A DNA stretch of 64,000 nt, from the NCBI GenBank assembly GCA_963828735.1, contig CAWHFW010000002.1, positions 928,001 to 992,000 on the forward strand, given 5' to 3'. This DNA is from an uncultured Gemmatimonadales bacterium. GTDB lineage: Bacteria; Gemmatimonadota; Gemmatimonadetes; Gemmatimonadales; GWC2-71-9. Every line of letters starts with the position of its first letter. Position 1 is the first letter of the stretch. The position numbers were made by a program, and so were the translations under genes. The notes beneath the pieces are model-generated. The model did not search any database. It was given only the letters and a program-made list of their open reading frames with translations, and was not told where the DNA came from. Shown here one piece after another: positions 10,434 to 19,545 of the stretch.

Positions 10434-12010
10434 CAGTCGGCCACGAAGAGCGGCTTGAAGGCGGCGATCGCGGCCTTGAGCCGGTTCGTCAGGTCGTCGT
10501 CGAGCGCCTTCTTGGTGCGGAGGTCGTTCAGGATGGCCGGGTGCTGCGCCTCGAGGTAGTCGAGGAAGTCGCGCTGCCACTGCCGGATGTGCGGCACCTG
10601 CACGTCGTCGAGGTAGCCGTTGGTCACGGCGTAGATGATCGCCACCTGCTTCTCGACCGGCACCGGCTGGTACTGCGGCTGCTTGAGCACCTCGACCAGC
10701 CGCGCCCCGCGGGCCAACTGCCGCTGGGTCGCGGCGTCCAAATCGGACCCGAACTGTGCGAAGGCCTCGAGCTCCCGATATTGCGCCAGCGAGAGCCGGA
10801 GCGGACCGGCGACCTGCTTCATGGCCTTGATCTGCGCGTTGCCACCCACGCGGCTCACGCTGATGCCTGCATCCACGGCCGGCCGGACGTTCGAGTAGAA
10901 CAGGTCGGTCGTGAGGAAGATCTGGCCGTCGGTGATCGAGATGACGTTGGTCGGGATGTAGGCCGACACGTCGCCCGCCTGGGTCTCGATGATCGGGAGC
11001 GCGGTGAGCGACCCGCCCGGCTTCTTGATCCGGGAATCGAATTTGATCGTTTCCGGGTTCTCGTTGATCTTCGCGGCGCGCTCGAGCAGGCGGCTGTGGA
11101 GGTAGAACACGTCGCCCGGATACGCCTCTCGCCCCGGCGGGCGGCGGAGAATCAGCGAGAGCTGTCGGTAGGCGGCGGCCTGCTTGGAGAGGTCGTCGTA
11201 CACGCAGAGGGTCGCCTTCCCCTCCTCGTACATGAAGTACTCGGCGAGAGCGCAGCCGGTATACGGGGCGATGAACTGGAGCGGCGCCGGCTCCGAGGCG
11301 GAGGCCACCACGACGATCGAGTACTCCAGCGCGCCGGCATCGCGGAGCTTCTCGACCACGGTGGCCACCGTTGACCGCTTCTGGCCGATGGCGACGTACA
11401 CGCAGATGACGCCGGTGCCCTTCTGGTTGATGATCGTGTCGACCGCGATGGCGGTCTTGCCGGTGCCGCGGTCGCCGATGATCAACTCGCGCTGGCCGCG
11501 GCCGATCGGGATCATGGCATCGATGGCCTTGATCCCCGTCTGGAGCGGCTCCTTCACCGGCTGGCGGACGATGATGCCTGGAGCCACCATCTCGACCTGG
11601 CGGGACGTCGTCGTCTGAATCGCCCCACGGCCGTCCACCGGCCGGCCGAGCGCGTCGACCACGCGACCGAGCATGGCGGGACCGGCGGGCACCTCGAGCA
11701 GCCGGCCGGTCCGACGGACTTCGTCGCCTTCCTTGAGCTTGAGGTAGTCGCCCAGGATGGCGGCACCCACGTTGTCCTCTTCCAGGTTGAGCACCAGGCC
11801 CGCCACCGTCTCCCCCGTCTCCGCGGCGGTGAACTCGAGCATCTCGCTCGAAACGGCCGACTTGAGGCCGTAAATGCGGGCGATGCCGTCCCGGACCTCC
11901 AGCACCGTCCCGACTTCGGAGACGTCGGCCGTGGACAGGTCGGCGGCGGCGATCTCGCGGAGGAGGATGTCCTTCAGTTCGCCGGGACGAAGAATGGAAT
12001 CGGTCGCCAT
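10433..12010 (-). CDS. atpA: F1 ATP synthase alpha subunit
   Basis: GDRGTGKT and [24 protein letters not shown] motifs. Confidence 0.99.
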
Positions 12011-12228
12011 GTCGTGAGCAGCCTGACTAAGAAGGAATAGGGGTGCCTGAACAGCTTGTGAAAATAATCACAATGCTGGAGTGGGCAAGGGTCCCTGCCT
12101 GGTGAAGCCTTCTAAACTACATCGATGGGTCAGGGTCGGCGAAGGCAGCGCACGAGTCCTGTGGCGGAAGTGGCCGACGGTAGGAGCCGAGGGAGGGGTC
12201 GGGACGGTGGGCCCAGCAGTCGCTCGCC

Positions 12229-12999
12229 CTACATCCGACTCCTCGTATTTCCCCGCGCGAACGCCTGGAGCACGCCGCGGGGGCCGAGCGCGCCCAGCCC
12301 GCGGGTCGAGACATCGGCGATCCGGCGCGAGGTGTTGCTGAGGTGGCTGGACGAGGCGAAGTGGAGCACCCGAACGACGGTGGGAATCGTGACCCCAGGG
12401 TTGGCGAGCAGCTGCGCCGCACAGGCCACCCGGGTCAGGTCGATGACCCGCTTCAGATTCGGGGCACCCCCGGCGCCGAACTGTCGGGAGAGGTGCTCGC
12501 GGCTCACGTCCAGCTGCCTGGCAAGCGTGGTCGTGCGGATCGGCCGTTCGACCTCGCCCACGAGCACACCCCAGGCCGCCTGCTGGAGCGGCTCGGTGAG
12601 CCGGAGCATCCGCGGTGCATCGGCCAGGGCGCGGCGGCGCTCGGCGGTGATCGAGCTGCGCATGACGACGTCGCCGATGATCGGGTCGTCGACGCCTTCG
12701 ACCGCCACCGACACCACCGCGTGGCGGCGGCAGGCCAGCAGCAGCTCGCCATCGTCGGGGCGGAACGGCGCGTAGGCCACGACCGGGATGCCCGGCCAGT
12801 CGCGCCGGATCCCTTCGAGCTCCGGCAGGAGCGCCGTGCTCGGGCACAGCACGATGGCGTCCACCAGTCGCCGCTCGAGCGCCCGACGGAGCGCGGCCGG
12901 CGAACGGCACGCCACGACGCCGGGGCCCTCCTTGGGCAGGGTGCGACGCAGCGCGAGGAGCGCGGCGCGACTCTCGAGCAGCGCGACGACGGTGGGCAC
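12229..12999 (-). CDS. AraC-type helix-turn-helix regulator with a receiver-like N-terminus
   Basis: C-terminal LARQLDVSREHLSRQF...LHFASSSHLS resembles the AraC double HTH. Confidence 0.7.
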   Translation of the reverse strand: MPTVVALLESRAALLALRRTLPKEGPGVVACRSPAALRRALERRLVDAIVLCPSTALLPELEGIRRDWPGIPVVAYAPFRPDDGELLLACRRHAVVSVAVEGVDDPIIGDVVMRSSITAERRRALADAPRMLRLTEPLQQAAWGVLVGEVERPIRTTTLARQLDVSREHLSRQFGAGGAPNLKRVIDLTRVACAAQLLANPGVTIPTVVRVLHFASSSHLSNTSRRIADVSTRGLGALGPRGVLQAFARGNTRSRM

Positions 13000-13002
13000 G
13001 GA

Positions 13003-13494
13003 TCAGCTCCCCGTCCGGTGCTCCGCGGTGGGGCGCGACCTGCCGGCCCCGACCGCCACCAGCGTGCGCACCATCTCGCCGGCGCGCTTGAGCACGCCGC
13101 GGGCGTTGTCGTAGCTCAGGGTCTCGAGCGCCTCGTCGAGCGAGCGCCACTGGCAGTCGGTGATGCCTTCGTCACGCTGTGGCGACGGCTCGCCGTCCGG
13201 GCTCTCGAAGAGGAAGAAGTGGCAGTACTTGTGGATGTGGCGTCCGCGGAACCGGAAGTGCCAGTCGATGACGCGGATCGGGCCCTGCAGGACGAGCCGG
13301 TCGAGCCCGGTCTCCTCCGCGGTCTCCCGCGTGGCCGCCTCCGCCGGCGACTCGCCGTCCTCGAGGTGGCCCTTCGGGAAGCCCCAGTTGTCGTAGGAGT
13401 CCTTGATCAGCAGGAACCGCGGATCCGCGTCCGGCCGGCGCCGGAACACAATGCCTCCGGCGCTCACTTCCAGCTCCGCCCGGCGCTTGCTCAT
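13003..13494 (-). CDS. NUDIX hydrolase (Ap4A hydrolase-like)
   Basis: WGFPKGHLEDGESPAEAATRETAEETG Nudix box. ATG 13494 overlaps the mlaD stop. Confidence 0.92.
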   Translation of the reverse strand: MSKRRAELEVSAGGIVFRRRPDADPRFLLIKDSYDNWGFPKGHLEDGESPAEAATRETAEETGLDRLVLQGPIRVIDWHFRFRGRHIHKYCHFFLFESPDGEPSPQRDEGITDCQWRSLDEALETLSYDNARGVLKRAGEMVRTLVAVGAGRSRPTAEHRTGS

Positions 13495-14501
13495 CAGAAC
13501 ACCGAGATCTTCAGGTACTTCTTGGGGTGGGCCTGGATGTCGGTGAGCAGCTCGCGGAACTGGATGACGGTCGCCGTGGTCTCGCGATAGAGCGTCGAGT
13601 CGGTGGCGAGCATGCCCAGCGTGCCGTTGCCGTGCTGGATCCGGGTCATCAGGGAATCGGCCTGCTGGAGCACGCGCACCAGGCTCGTCTCGTTGGCCTT
13701 GGCCGCGGCCATCACCGAGCGGAGATCGGCGGCGGCCTGCCGCAGGTCCTGGCTCGACGTGCGTCCGTTGGCCAGGATGTCCTTGAGCTGATTGTCGCTC
13801 GTCGCGGTGTCCAGCCGCGCCACCGCGTTCTGGAATGTCTTGGCGACGCCGGCGAAGGCGTCCGCCGTCGTCGCGACGTTCTGGCTCACGCGGTCGATGC
13901 GGGTCGTCTGCGCGCCGGCGAACACCACCAGACGCCCCGAGATCTCCGCCAGGTCCTTCACGCTCTTCTGCAGGTTCTTGAGCGCGGTGCTGTCGAACGC
14001 CTGGCTGATCCGCTGCGTCACGACGCCGACGTCGCCGGCGATGCGGCTGGCCTGCGCGGTCAACTGCCCGATGTCGGGAAGCGTCGCCCCGGGCCACGCC
14101 TCGCCGCCGGCGCTGTCCGACTCGACCAGCGCGTCGCGCAGATTGGGATCCGTGGGGAGGGGCTGGTAGGAGATGATCGCCGCGCCCCACTCGCCGAACA
14201 GGCTGGCGGACGCGGAGATCACCGCCGGCTTGGTCGGCAGGTCCACGCCCTTGTCGATGCTGAACTCCGTCTCGACCCAGTCGTTTTCCACCAGCCGGAT
14301 GGCCTCGACCCGGCCGACCTTCACGCCCCGGAGCGTGACCGGCGCGCCCACGCCGAGCCCGCCCACGGTCCGGAACCGCGCGACGGCGTTCACCCGCGTC
14401 TTGTGGACGTCGGTCTCGCTCAGCCAGAGCGCCCCGACGACGACCAGCGCGAGCGCCAGGAGCACCGCCAGCCCGACCGCGAACTCGTTCGTGCGTTTCA
14501 T
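13494..14501 (-). CDS. mlaD: MlaD/MCE family protein
   Basis: N-terminal TM helix, GLGVGAPVTLRGVKVGRV MCE motif, long helical tail. Confidence 0.9.
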   Translation of the reverse strand: MKRTNEFAVGLAVLLALALVVVGALWLSETDVHKTRVNAVARFRTVGGLGVGAPVTLRGVKVGRVEAIRLVENDWVETEFSIDKGVDLPTKPAVISASASLFGEWGAAIISYQPLPTDPNLRDALVESDSAGGEAWPGATLPDIGQLTAQASRIAGDVGVVTQRISQAFDSTALKNLQKSVKDLAEISGRLVVFAGAQTTRIDRVSQNVATTADAFAGVAKTFQNAVARLDTATSDNQLKDILANGRTSSQDLRQAAADLRSVMAAAKANETSLVRVLQQADSLMTRIQHGNGTLGMLATDSTLYRETTATVIQFRELLTDIQAHPKKYLKISVF

Positions 14502-15217
14502 GGGCGTCCCTCGATGAACTGCCGGACTATCGGGTCCGTGGTGGCCTGGATCTCGGCTCTAGTCCCGACCTGCCGGATGCGACCGTCATCCAGCATGGCG
14601 ATACGGTCGCCGACGCAGAACGCGCTCCGCATGTCGTGGGTGACGATGAGCCCCGTGACGCCCAGGTCGCGCGTGCGTACCATGAGCTGGTCCAGGACCG
14701 CCGAGGTGATCGGATCGAGGCCGGAGGTCGGCTCGTCGTAGAGAATGTAGCGCGGCTTGAGCGCGACGGCCCGCGCGATCCCGACCCGCTTCCGCATGCC
14801 GCCGCTCAGCTCGGCCGGGTACTTGTCCTCGGTCCCCGAGAGATCCACCACCGCGAGGCTCTCCTCGATCCGCTCGGCGATGACGGCCGGCCCGTGCCCG
14901 CGGCGGACAAGGCCGAGGGCGATGTTCTCCGCGACCGTCATGGAGTCGAACAGCGCCGCGAACTGAAAGACGTAGCCGATGTGCCCGCGGAGTTCGGTCA
15001 GCTCGTCGCGGCTCAGATCGCCCACCACCGCCCCATCGACGATCACCCGGCCCGCGTCCGGCTCCAGCAGGCCGACGACGCACTTGAGCGTGACGCTCTT
15101 CCCCGCCCCGGACGACCCGATGATGACCGTGTTCTGCCCCTGCGGCACCTCGAGCGTGACGCCGTCGAGCACGCGCCGGTCGCCGAACGACTTCGTCAGG
15201 TCCTCGAGCTGGATCAT
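14498..15217 (-). CDS. mlaF: MlaF-type ABC transporter ATPase
   Basis: GSSGAGKS, VFQFAALFDSM, LSGGMRKRV and YDEPTSGLDP motifs. Confidence 0.92.
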   Translation of the reverse strand: MIQLEDLTKSFGDRRVLDGVTLEVPQGQNTVIIGSSGAGKSVTLKCVVGLLEPDAGRVIVDGAVVGDLSRDELTELRGHIGYVFQFAALFDSMTVAENIALGLVRRGHGPAVIAERIEESLAVVDLSGTEDKYPAELSGGMRKRVGIARAVALKPRYILYDEPTSGLDPITSAVLDQLMVRTRDLGVTGLIVTHDMRSAFCVGDRIAMLDDGRIRQVGTRAEIQATTDPIVRQFIEGRP

Positions 15218-15299
15218 GCGGCGACCGGGGAAGCGGGCACAACCGACCGACGCAGGCCGGGTCCATCCTTCGTCTCCCCCGTCGCCGGCCGCACCCCCA

Positions 15300-16061
15300 T
15301 CACAACAGGATCAGCGCCCAGAACGCATCCAGCACGAGGATCGCCTCGCAGCCGAGCACCACGGCGCGCGTGGTCGACTCGCCGACACCCTGCGCGCCGC
15401 TCTTCGCGTCGAGGCCGCGCAGGCAGCCCATCAGGGCCACGGCGGCGCCGAAGCTCGCGCTCTTCACCAGGCCGAACCAGATGTCCTTGAACCGATAGAA
15501 CAGCTTGAGTCCCTTGAGGAACTCCGGCGTCGACAGGTCCAGCAGGTTGACCGCGGTGATCCACCCGGAGGTGACGCCCACGGCCATCGCGAAGGCGGTC
15601 ACGACGGGGAACATGAGCGCGGCGGCGAGCACTCGCGGCACCACGAGGTACGAGTTCCGATCGTAGGCCAGCGTCTCGAGCGCGTCGACCTGCTCGGTGA
15701 CCTTCATGGTGCCCAGCTCGGCGGCGATGCTCGCGCCGACGCGGCCCGCGAGCGCCATGCCCGTGAGGACGGGGCCGAGCTCCATCATCACCGTCTTCCC
15801 GACGAGCGCACCGACGAAGTAGAGCGGCACGGCGCCGGTGAAGATATAGGAGGAGAGCAGCGAGAGGACGATGCCGGTGAAGACCGCGATGAAGAGCGCG
15901 ATGGGCACCGAATCCACGCCGAGGCGCCGCATCTGCCCGATGAGCAGAGGCGACCAGGTGCGGACATCGGCGAGGGCACGGACGGTTTCGAGGCTGCGGC
16001 GTCCGACGTGTGCGACGAAACCGTCCCGGGCTGAGACGCGAGCTGCCACGGGGGGCGACAC
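15300..16061 (-). CDS. mlaE: MlaE-type ABC transporter permease
   Basis: ELGPVLT, GRVGASIAAELGTMKVTEQVDAL and GVGESTTRAVV motifs. Confidence 0.93.
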   Translation of the reverse strand: MSPPVAARVSARDGFVAHVGRRSLETVRALADVRTWSPLLIGQMRRLGVDSVPIALFIAVFTGIVLSLLSSYIFTGAVPLYFVGALVGKTVMMELGPVLTGMALAGRVGASIAAELGTMKVTEQVDALETLAYDRNSYLVVPRVLAAALMFPVVTAFAMAVGVTSGWITAVNLLDLSTPEFLKGLKLFYRFKDIWFGLVKSASFGAAVALMGCLRGLDAKSGAQGVGESTTRAVVLGCEAILVLDAFWALILL

Positions 16062-16118
16062 GATGGGAAACGTACGGTGGCGGTCGGGAGGTGTAAAGAA
16101 GAGCGCGGCGGCCCTGCC

Positions 16119-17129
16119 CTAGGCGGCGAAGCTGGCCAGCGCGCGTCCCACGTCGCCCTCGCGCAGCCGCTTGAGCGCTCGGTCGCGCAGCTGCCGGATG
16201 CGTTCCCGGGTGACGCCGAGCATCCCGCCGATCTCTTCCAGGGTGTGCTCGCGGCCGCCATCGAGTCCGAAGTAGAGTCGCAGCACCTTCGCGTCGCGCG
16301 GAGGCAGGGTCCGGAGCGCGCTCTCGATCTCCTCGCTCAGGAACTTGTCCATCGCCTGCTGTTCCGGATCGCCGTGCTCGTCGGCGATGAAGCGCTCGAT
16401 GAGCGAGCGGTCGCCGTCGGGATCAAGCGGCGCGTCGAGCCGCACTTCACTGGTGTTGAGCGCGGCCAGCGATTGCACCACGTCCACCGTCAGTCCCGTG
16501 GCGTTGGCGATCTCCTCGGGCGTCGGCTCGCGCCGGAGGTCCTGGCGGAGCGTCTCGGCCGTTCGCACGATGCGCGACAGGTCCGCCGTGCGGTTGAGCG
16601 GGACGCGCACGGTGCGCCCGTGGCGCGCGAGCGCGGCGAGGATGGCCTGTCGGATCCACCAGACGGCGTAGGAGATAAACTTCACGCCCTGGTCGGGATC
16701 GAACTTCCGGGCGGCGGTGAGCAGGCCGACGTTGCCCTCGCCGATCAGGTCGGTGAGCGCGAGGCCGCGGTTCTGATATTTCTTGGCTACCGAGATGACG
16801 AATCGCAGGTTGCGCTTGACCAGCTCCTGCATGGCCTCCTCGTCGCCGGCGCGGACCCGCTTGGCGATGGCGATCTCCTGCTGCGCCGTGAGGAGCGGCG
16901 TCTTGCTGACCTCGTAGAGGTACTGGTCGAGAATGTCCCCATCGGCATCGTACACGCCGAGGCTCTTCGCCGTCTCGCTTTTGCGCCGGCGGCGCGGCTT
17001 GGTCGGCGGCGACTGGGCGAGGATCTCGGCGATGCTGAGATCGTCGGAGTACGCCTCGGTCGAGAGGTCGGGGGGACGCTTGGAGGGTTGGGGCGCGCCG
17101 TTCCCGTCGTGGGGCTTCTTCTTCGGCAT
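16119..17129 (-). CDS. RNA polymerase sigma-70 factor, RpoD/SigA-like (no region 1.1)
   Basis: NLRFVISVAKKY, DLIGEGNVGL, FISYAVWWIRQ and TLEEIG..GVTRERIRQ motifs. Confidence 0.93.
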   Translation of the reverse strand: MPKKKPHDGNGAPQPSKRPPDLSTEAYSDDLSIAEILAQSPPTKPRRRRKSETAKSLGVYDADGDILDQYLYEVSKTPLLTAQQEIAIAKRVRAGDEEAMQELVKRNLRFVISVAKKYQNRGLALTDLIGEGNVGLLTAARKFDPDQGVKFISYAVWWIRQAILAALARHGRTVRVPLNRTADLSRIVRTAETLRQDLRREPTPEEIANATGLTVDVVQSLAALNTSEVRLDAPLDPDGDRSLIERFIADEHGDPEQQAMDKFLSEEIESALRTLPPRDAKVLRLYFGLDGGREHTLEEIGGMLGVTRERIRQLRDRALKRLREGDVGRALASFAA

Positions 17130-17236
17130 GTCGTTCAAGATAGGTAATCCGCTTGACGCTCGCTTACGCGATGGCTAGGTTTCCGTGCTGTCACGGCGTC
17201 AGGGGCGGGTAACTCCGAAGGGTGCGACAATATAGC

Positions 17237-17309
17237 GGGGGCGTAGCTCAGTTGGGAGAGCGCGTGAATGGCATTCACGAGGTCAGGGGTTCGATCCCCC
17301 TCGCCTCCA
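17237..17309 (+). tRNA. tRNA-Ala(GGC)
   Basis: Cloverleaf with G3:U70, anticodon loop AT-GGC-AT and GTTCGAT T-loop. No encoded CCA. Confidence 0.96.
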
Positions 17310-17374
17310 CTCCTCGGCGCCGCACGAGCGTGGTCGGACCAGCGCGACAGCATGGCGGGCGGTGCACGACGGCG

Positions 17375-17403
17375 TTGCGCGGCCGCTGAGCGGACGCTAA
17401 ACT
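17375..17403 (+). promoter_or_regulatory. Sigma70-type promoter for the tRNA-Gly/fMet/Val/Arg run
   Basis: TTGCGC-17 nt-TAAACT just upstream of tRNA-Gly. Confidence 0.5.
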
Positions 17404-17414
17404 CCAGGCCGCTT

Positions 17415-17487
17415 GCGGGAATAGCTCAGTTGGTAGAGCACAACCTTGCCAAGGTTGGGGTCGCGGGTTCGAGTCCCGTTTCCCGCT
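17415..17487 (+). tRNA. tRNA-Gly(GCC)
   Basis: GCGGGAA/TTCCCGC acceptor stem, anticodon GCC, discriminator U. Confidence 0.97.
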
Positions 17488-17505
17488 CTCTGAAAAGGCA
17501 TACGT

Positions 17506-17579
17506 CGCGGGGTGGAGCAGTCTGGTAGCTCGCCGGGCTCATAACCCGGAGGTCGTGGGTTCAAATCCCACCCCCGCTA
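17506..17579 (+). tRNA. tRNA-fMet(CAT), initiator
   Basis: C1:U72 mismatch, GGG/CCC anticodon stem, anticodon CAT. Confidence 0.96.
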
Positions 17580-17589
17580 TTGCAGGACC

Positions 17590-17662
17590 GAGAGGACGGA
17601 GACGCCGGAGAGGACGGAGCAGCCGATCCGCCTCGACGCCATCTCCGTCCTCTCCGTCCTCT
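17590..17662. repeat. Short direct and inverted repeats in a tRNA spacer
   Basis: GAGAGGACGGAG at 17590 and 17608, with inverted copies CTCCGTCCTCT(C) at 17643 and 17652. Confidence 0.7.
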
Positions 17663-17665
17663 GAC

Positions 17666-17739
17666 GGGCGGTTAGCTCAGTTGGTTAGAGCGCCACGTTG
17701 ACATCGTGGAGGTCACAAGTTCGAGTCTTGTACCGCCCA
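17666..17739 (+). tRNA. tRNA-Val(GAC)
   Basis: Cloverleaf with CCACG-TTGACAT-CGTGG anticodon arm. Confidence 0.96.
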
Positions 17740-17747
17740 TCACAGTC

Positions 17748-17821
17748 GCGCCCTTAGCTCAATTGGATAGAGCATTTGACTACGGATCAAAAGGTTGGGG
17801 GTTCGAGTCCCTCAGGGCGCA
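17748..17821 (+). tRNA. tRNA-Arg(ACG)
   Basis: Cloverleaf with TTTGA-CTACGGA-TCAAA anticodon arm. Confidence 0.96.
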
Positions 17822-17980
17822 TCCCCACGTCATTGTCGCAACGCCCCGGCCCTGCGCCGGGGCGTCGTCGTTTCCGGACCTGGTCCACCACCTCGAGAGG
17901 CGCTTGGGAGAGCGGCGCCGACAAGCCCCGAGGGCTACCAATCGTGAGGGAGGGCATTACATTCACCGCTCTCCGGGACA

Positions 17981-18055
17981 CGGGGCGTAGCGCAGCCCGG
18001 TTAGCGCGCCTGCTTCGGGAGCAGGAGGTCCGGGGTTCAAATCCCCGCGCCCCGA
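17981..18055 (+). tRNA. tRNA-Pro(CGG)
   Basis: Cloverleaf with CCTGC-TTCGGGA-GCAGG anticodon arm. Confidence 0.96.
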
Positions 18056-18070
18056 TTTCGTCAAAACTAG

Positions 18071-18105
18071 AATCCCGTCAGCGGTTAAAGGCTGACGGGA
18101 TTTTT
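18071..18105 (+). terminator. Rho-independent terminator after tRNA-Pro
   Basis: AATCCCGTCAGC/GCTGACGGGATT stem plus T run. Confidence 0.8.
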
Positions 18106-18189
18106 GCGTCTTCGTAGGGCGTTCATGAGTTGTCACCAAAGGTGAGACCCTGCTTGACCCCCCGAGTCAACGCCATCGACCCTGCCCGC

Positions 18190-18567
18190 CTACTGGCCTA
18201 CCTCGGATTGCTGCAGGAGACTCTGAATTCGATCCACCAAGGTGTCCGACGCGAATGGCTTCGGAAGATATTCCCACCGGAGCGGCGTCAGCGTGTCCGG
18301 ATTCACCTGCCCGTCTCCCCGGGCCGAGACGAACAACACGGGGATGCCGGGGCGGCGTTCGTGGATCTGGAGGGCCAGCTCCGGTCCCGACGTGCCCGGC
18401 AGCCAGACATCAATCAGCAGTAGATCGGGCACCTCTTCGGAGCCAAGGAGTTCGAGGGCGTGGGCCGCGTCCTTGGTAGGTAGGCAGCGGTAGCCTTCGA
18501 ACTCCAGAATCCGGCAGATGGCGCGCAGGATGCTGGTATTGTCCTCGACGACCAGAATAAGCGGCAT
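18190..18567 (-). CDS. Single-domain response regulator (receiver)
   Basis: ILVVEDN, LLLIDVWLP, FVSA and LPKPF motifs. Confidence 0.88.
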   Translation of the reverse strand: MPLILVVEDNTSILRAICRILEFEGYRCLPTKDAAHALELLGSEEVPDLLLIDVWLPGTSGPELALQIHERRPGIPVLFVSARGDGQVNPDTLTPLRWEYLPKPFASDTLVDRIQSLLQQSEVGQ

Positions 18568-18731
18568 TGGAGTCACAAGCTTGGAACCTCCGGACCCCAG
18601 AGGGAATCCCCTACCAAGGTGTAAGGTTGACAGTTGGTCACTACTCACGAGTGCTGGCGAGGTTAGCAATGCTCTCCGCGCTATCGTGAAGGCACTTGTG
18701 GGAATGCGCTACTGCATCGCCTGCCGGCAAC

Positions 18732-19328
18732 TCAGCTCGGAGGCGTGATGACGCGGGGGCGCGGGGGGGGGCGCGGGACCGCCATGCGACGGCGAAGCTC
18801 CATCAAGGCGACCATGAGATCGCCGCTCCACGCCATCTGGTCTCTTGCGATCATGCGTTGCCGTTCGGCCATTGAACGAGATTCGGCGGCATCCGCGCGC
18901 GACTGCTGTGCCAGCCGACGCATCGCTCGCGACTTGAGGATCAGCGGCGCGACCGTTCGCGCCAATTCTTCCTGATCGAACGGCTTCTGCAGGAGGGGTA
19001 CCGGAGGGAGGTCGGGTGGCAGCTGGGCCAATGCCGACATGGCCACCACCGGCAATGTAGCGCGGCACTCCAGGAGCACCGCGATCAATTCGGGGCCGGA
19101 TACGACCGGCATCGCCAAGTCGGTGAGGACTGCGTCGAGCAGGTGGGCCTCGTCCCGCGCGATCACATGAAGGGCCTGCTCGCCGTCGGCGGCCTCGACC
19201 ACGGCGGTTCCCTCTACCTGCAGCATCCGCCGCAGTGCTCGGCGCACGAACGGATCATCGTCCACGACGAGCAAGGTTGCTCCGTCGGGGATCTGGAAGC
19301 GCGGGGTCTGGAGATCCACTTTGCCCAT
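18732..19328 (-). CDS. Response regulator receiver with a C-terminal helical extension
   Basis: LVVDDD, VLTDLAMP and LQKPF motifs. Confidence 0.85.
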   Translation of the reverse strand: MGKVDLQTPRFQIPDGATLLVVDDDPFVRRALRRMLQVEGTAVVEAADGEQALHVIARDEAHLLDAVLTDLAMPVVSGPELIAVLLECRATLPVVAMSALAQLPPDLPPVPLLQKPFDQEELARTVAPLILKSRAMRRLAQQSRADAAESRSMAERQRMIARDQMAWSGDLMVALMELRRRMAVPRPPPRPRVITPPS

Positions 19329-19545
19329 GTAACTTCCCCGTACTCATAACTACTTGACAACGTTGAACACTGTGAGCGCGTTCACGTTCGAAATCGATGT
19401 CTTAAGCGGCCGAACAGGGTCGTGCATGAGAATCTCTGAGCCACGTTGCCGTTCGGGTCCGCTGTTCTCGCGAATTCACTTTATCAGGCCTCCTGGTCCC
19501 ACCTCGAACGCCTGGAAAGGCCTCCAGACATGAATTGGAAGGACA

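Noticed and set aside
17584..17662. CRISPR-like repeats
   Set aside because: Only 12-nt units, no regular spacers and no cas genes.
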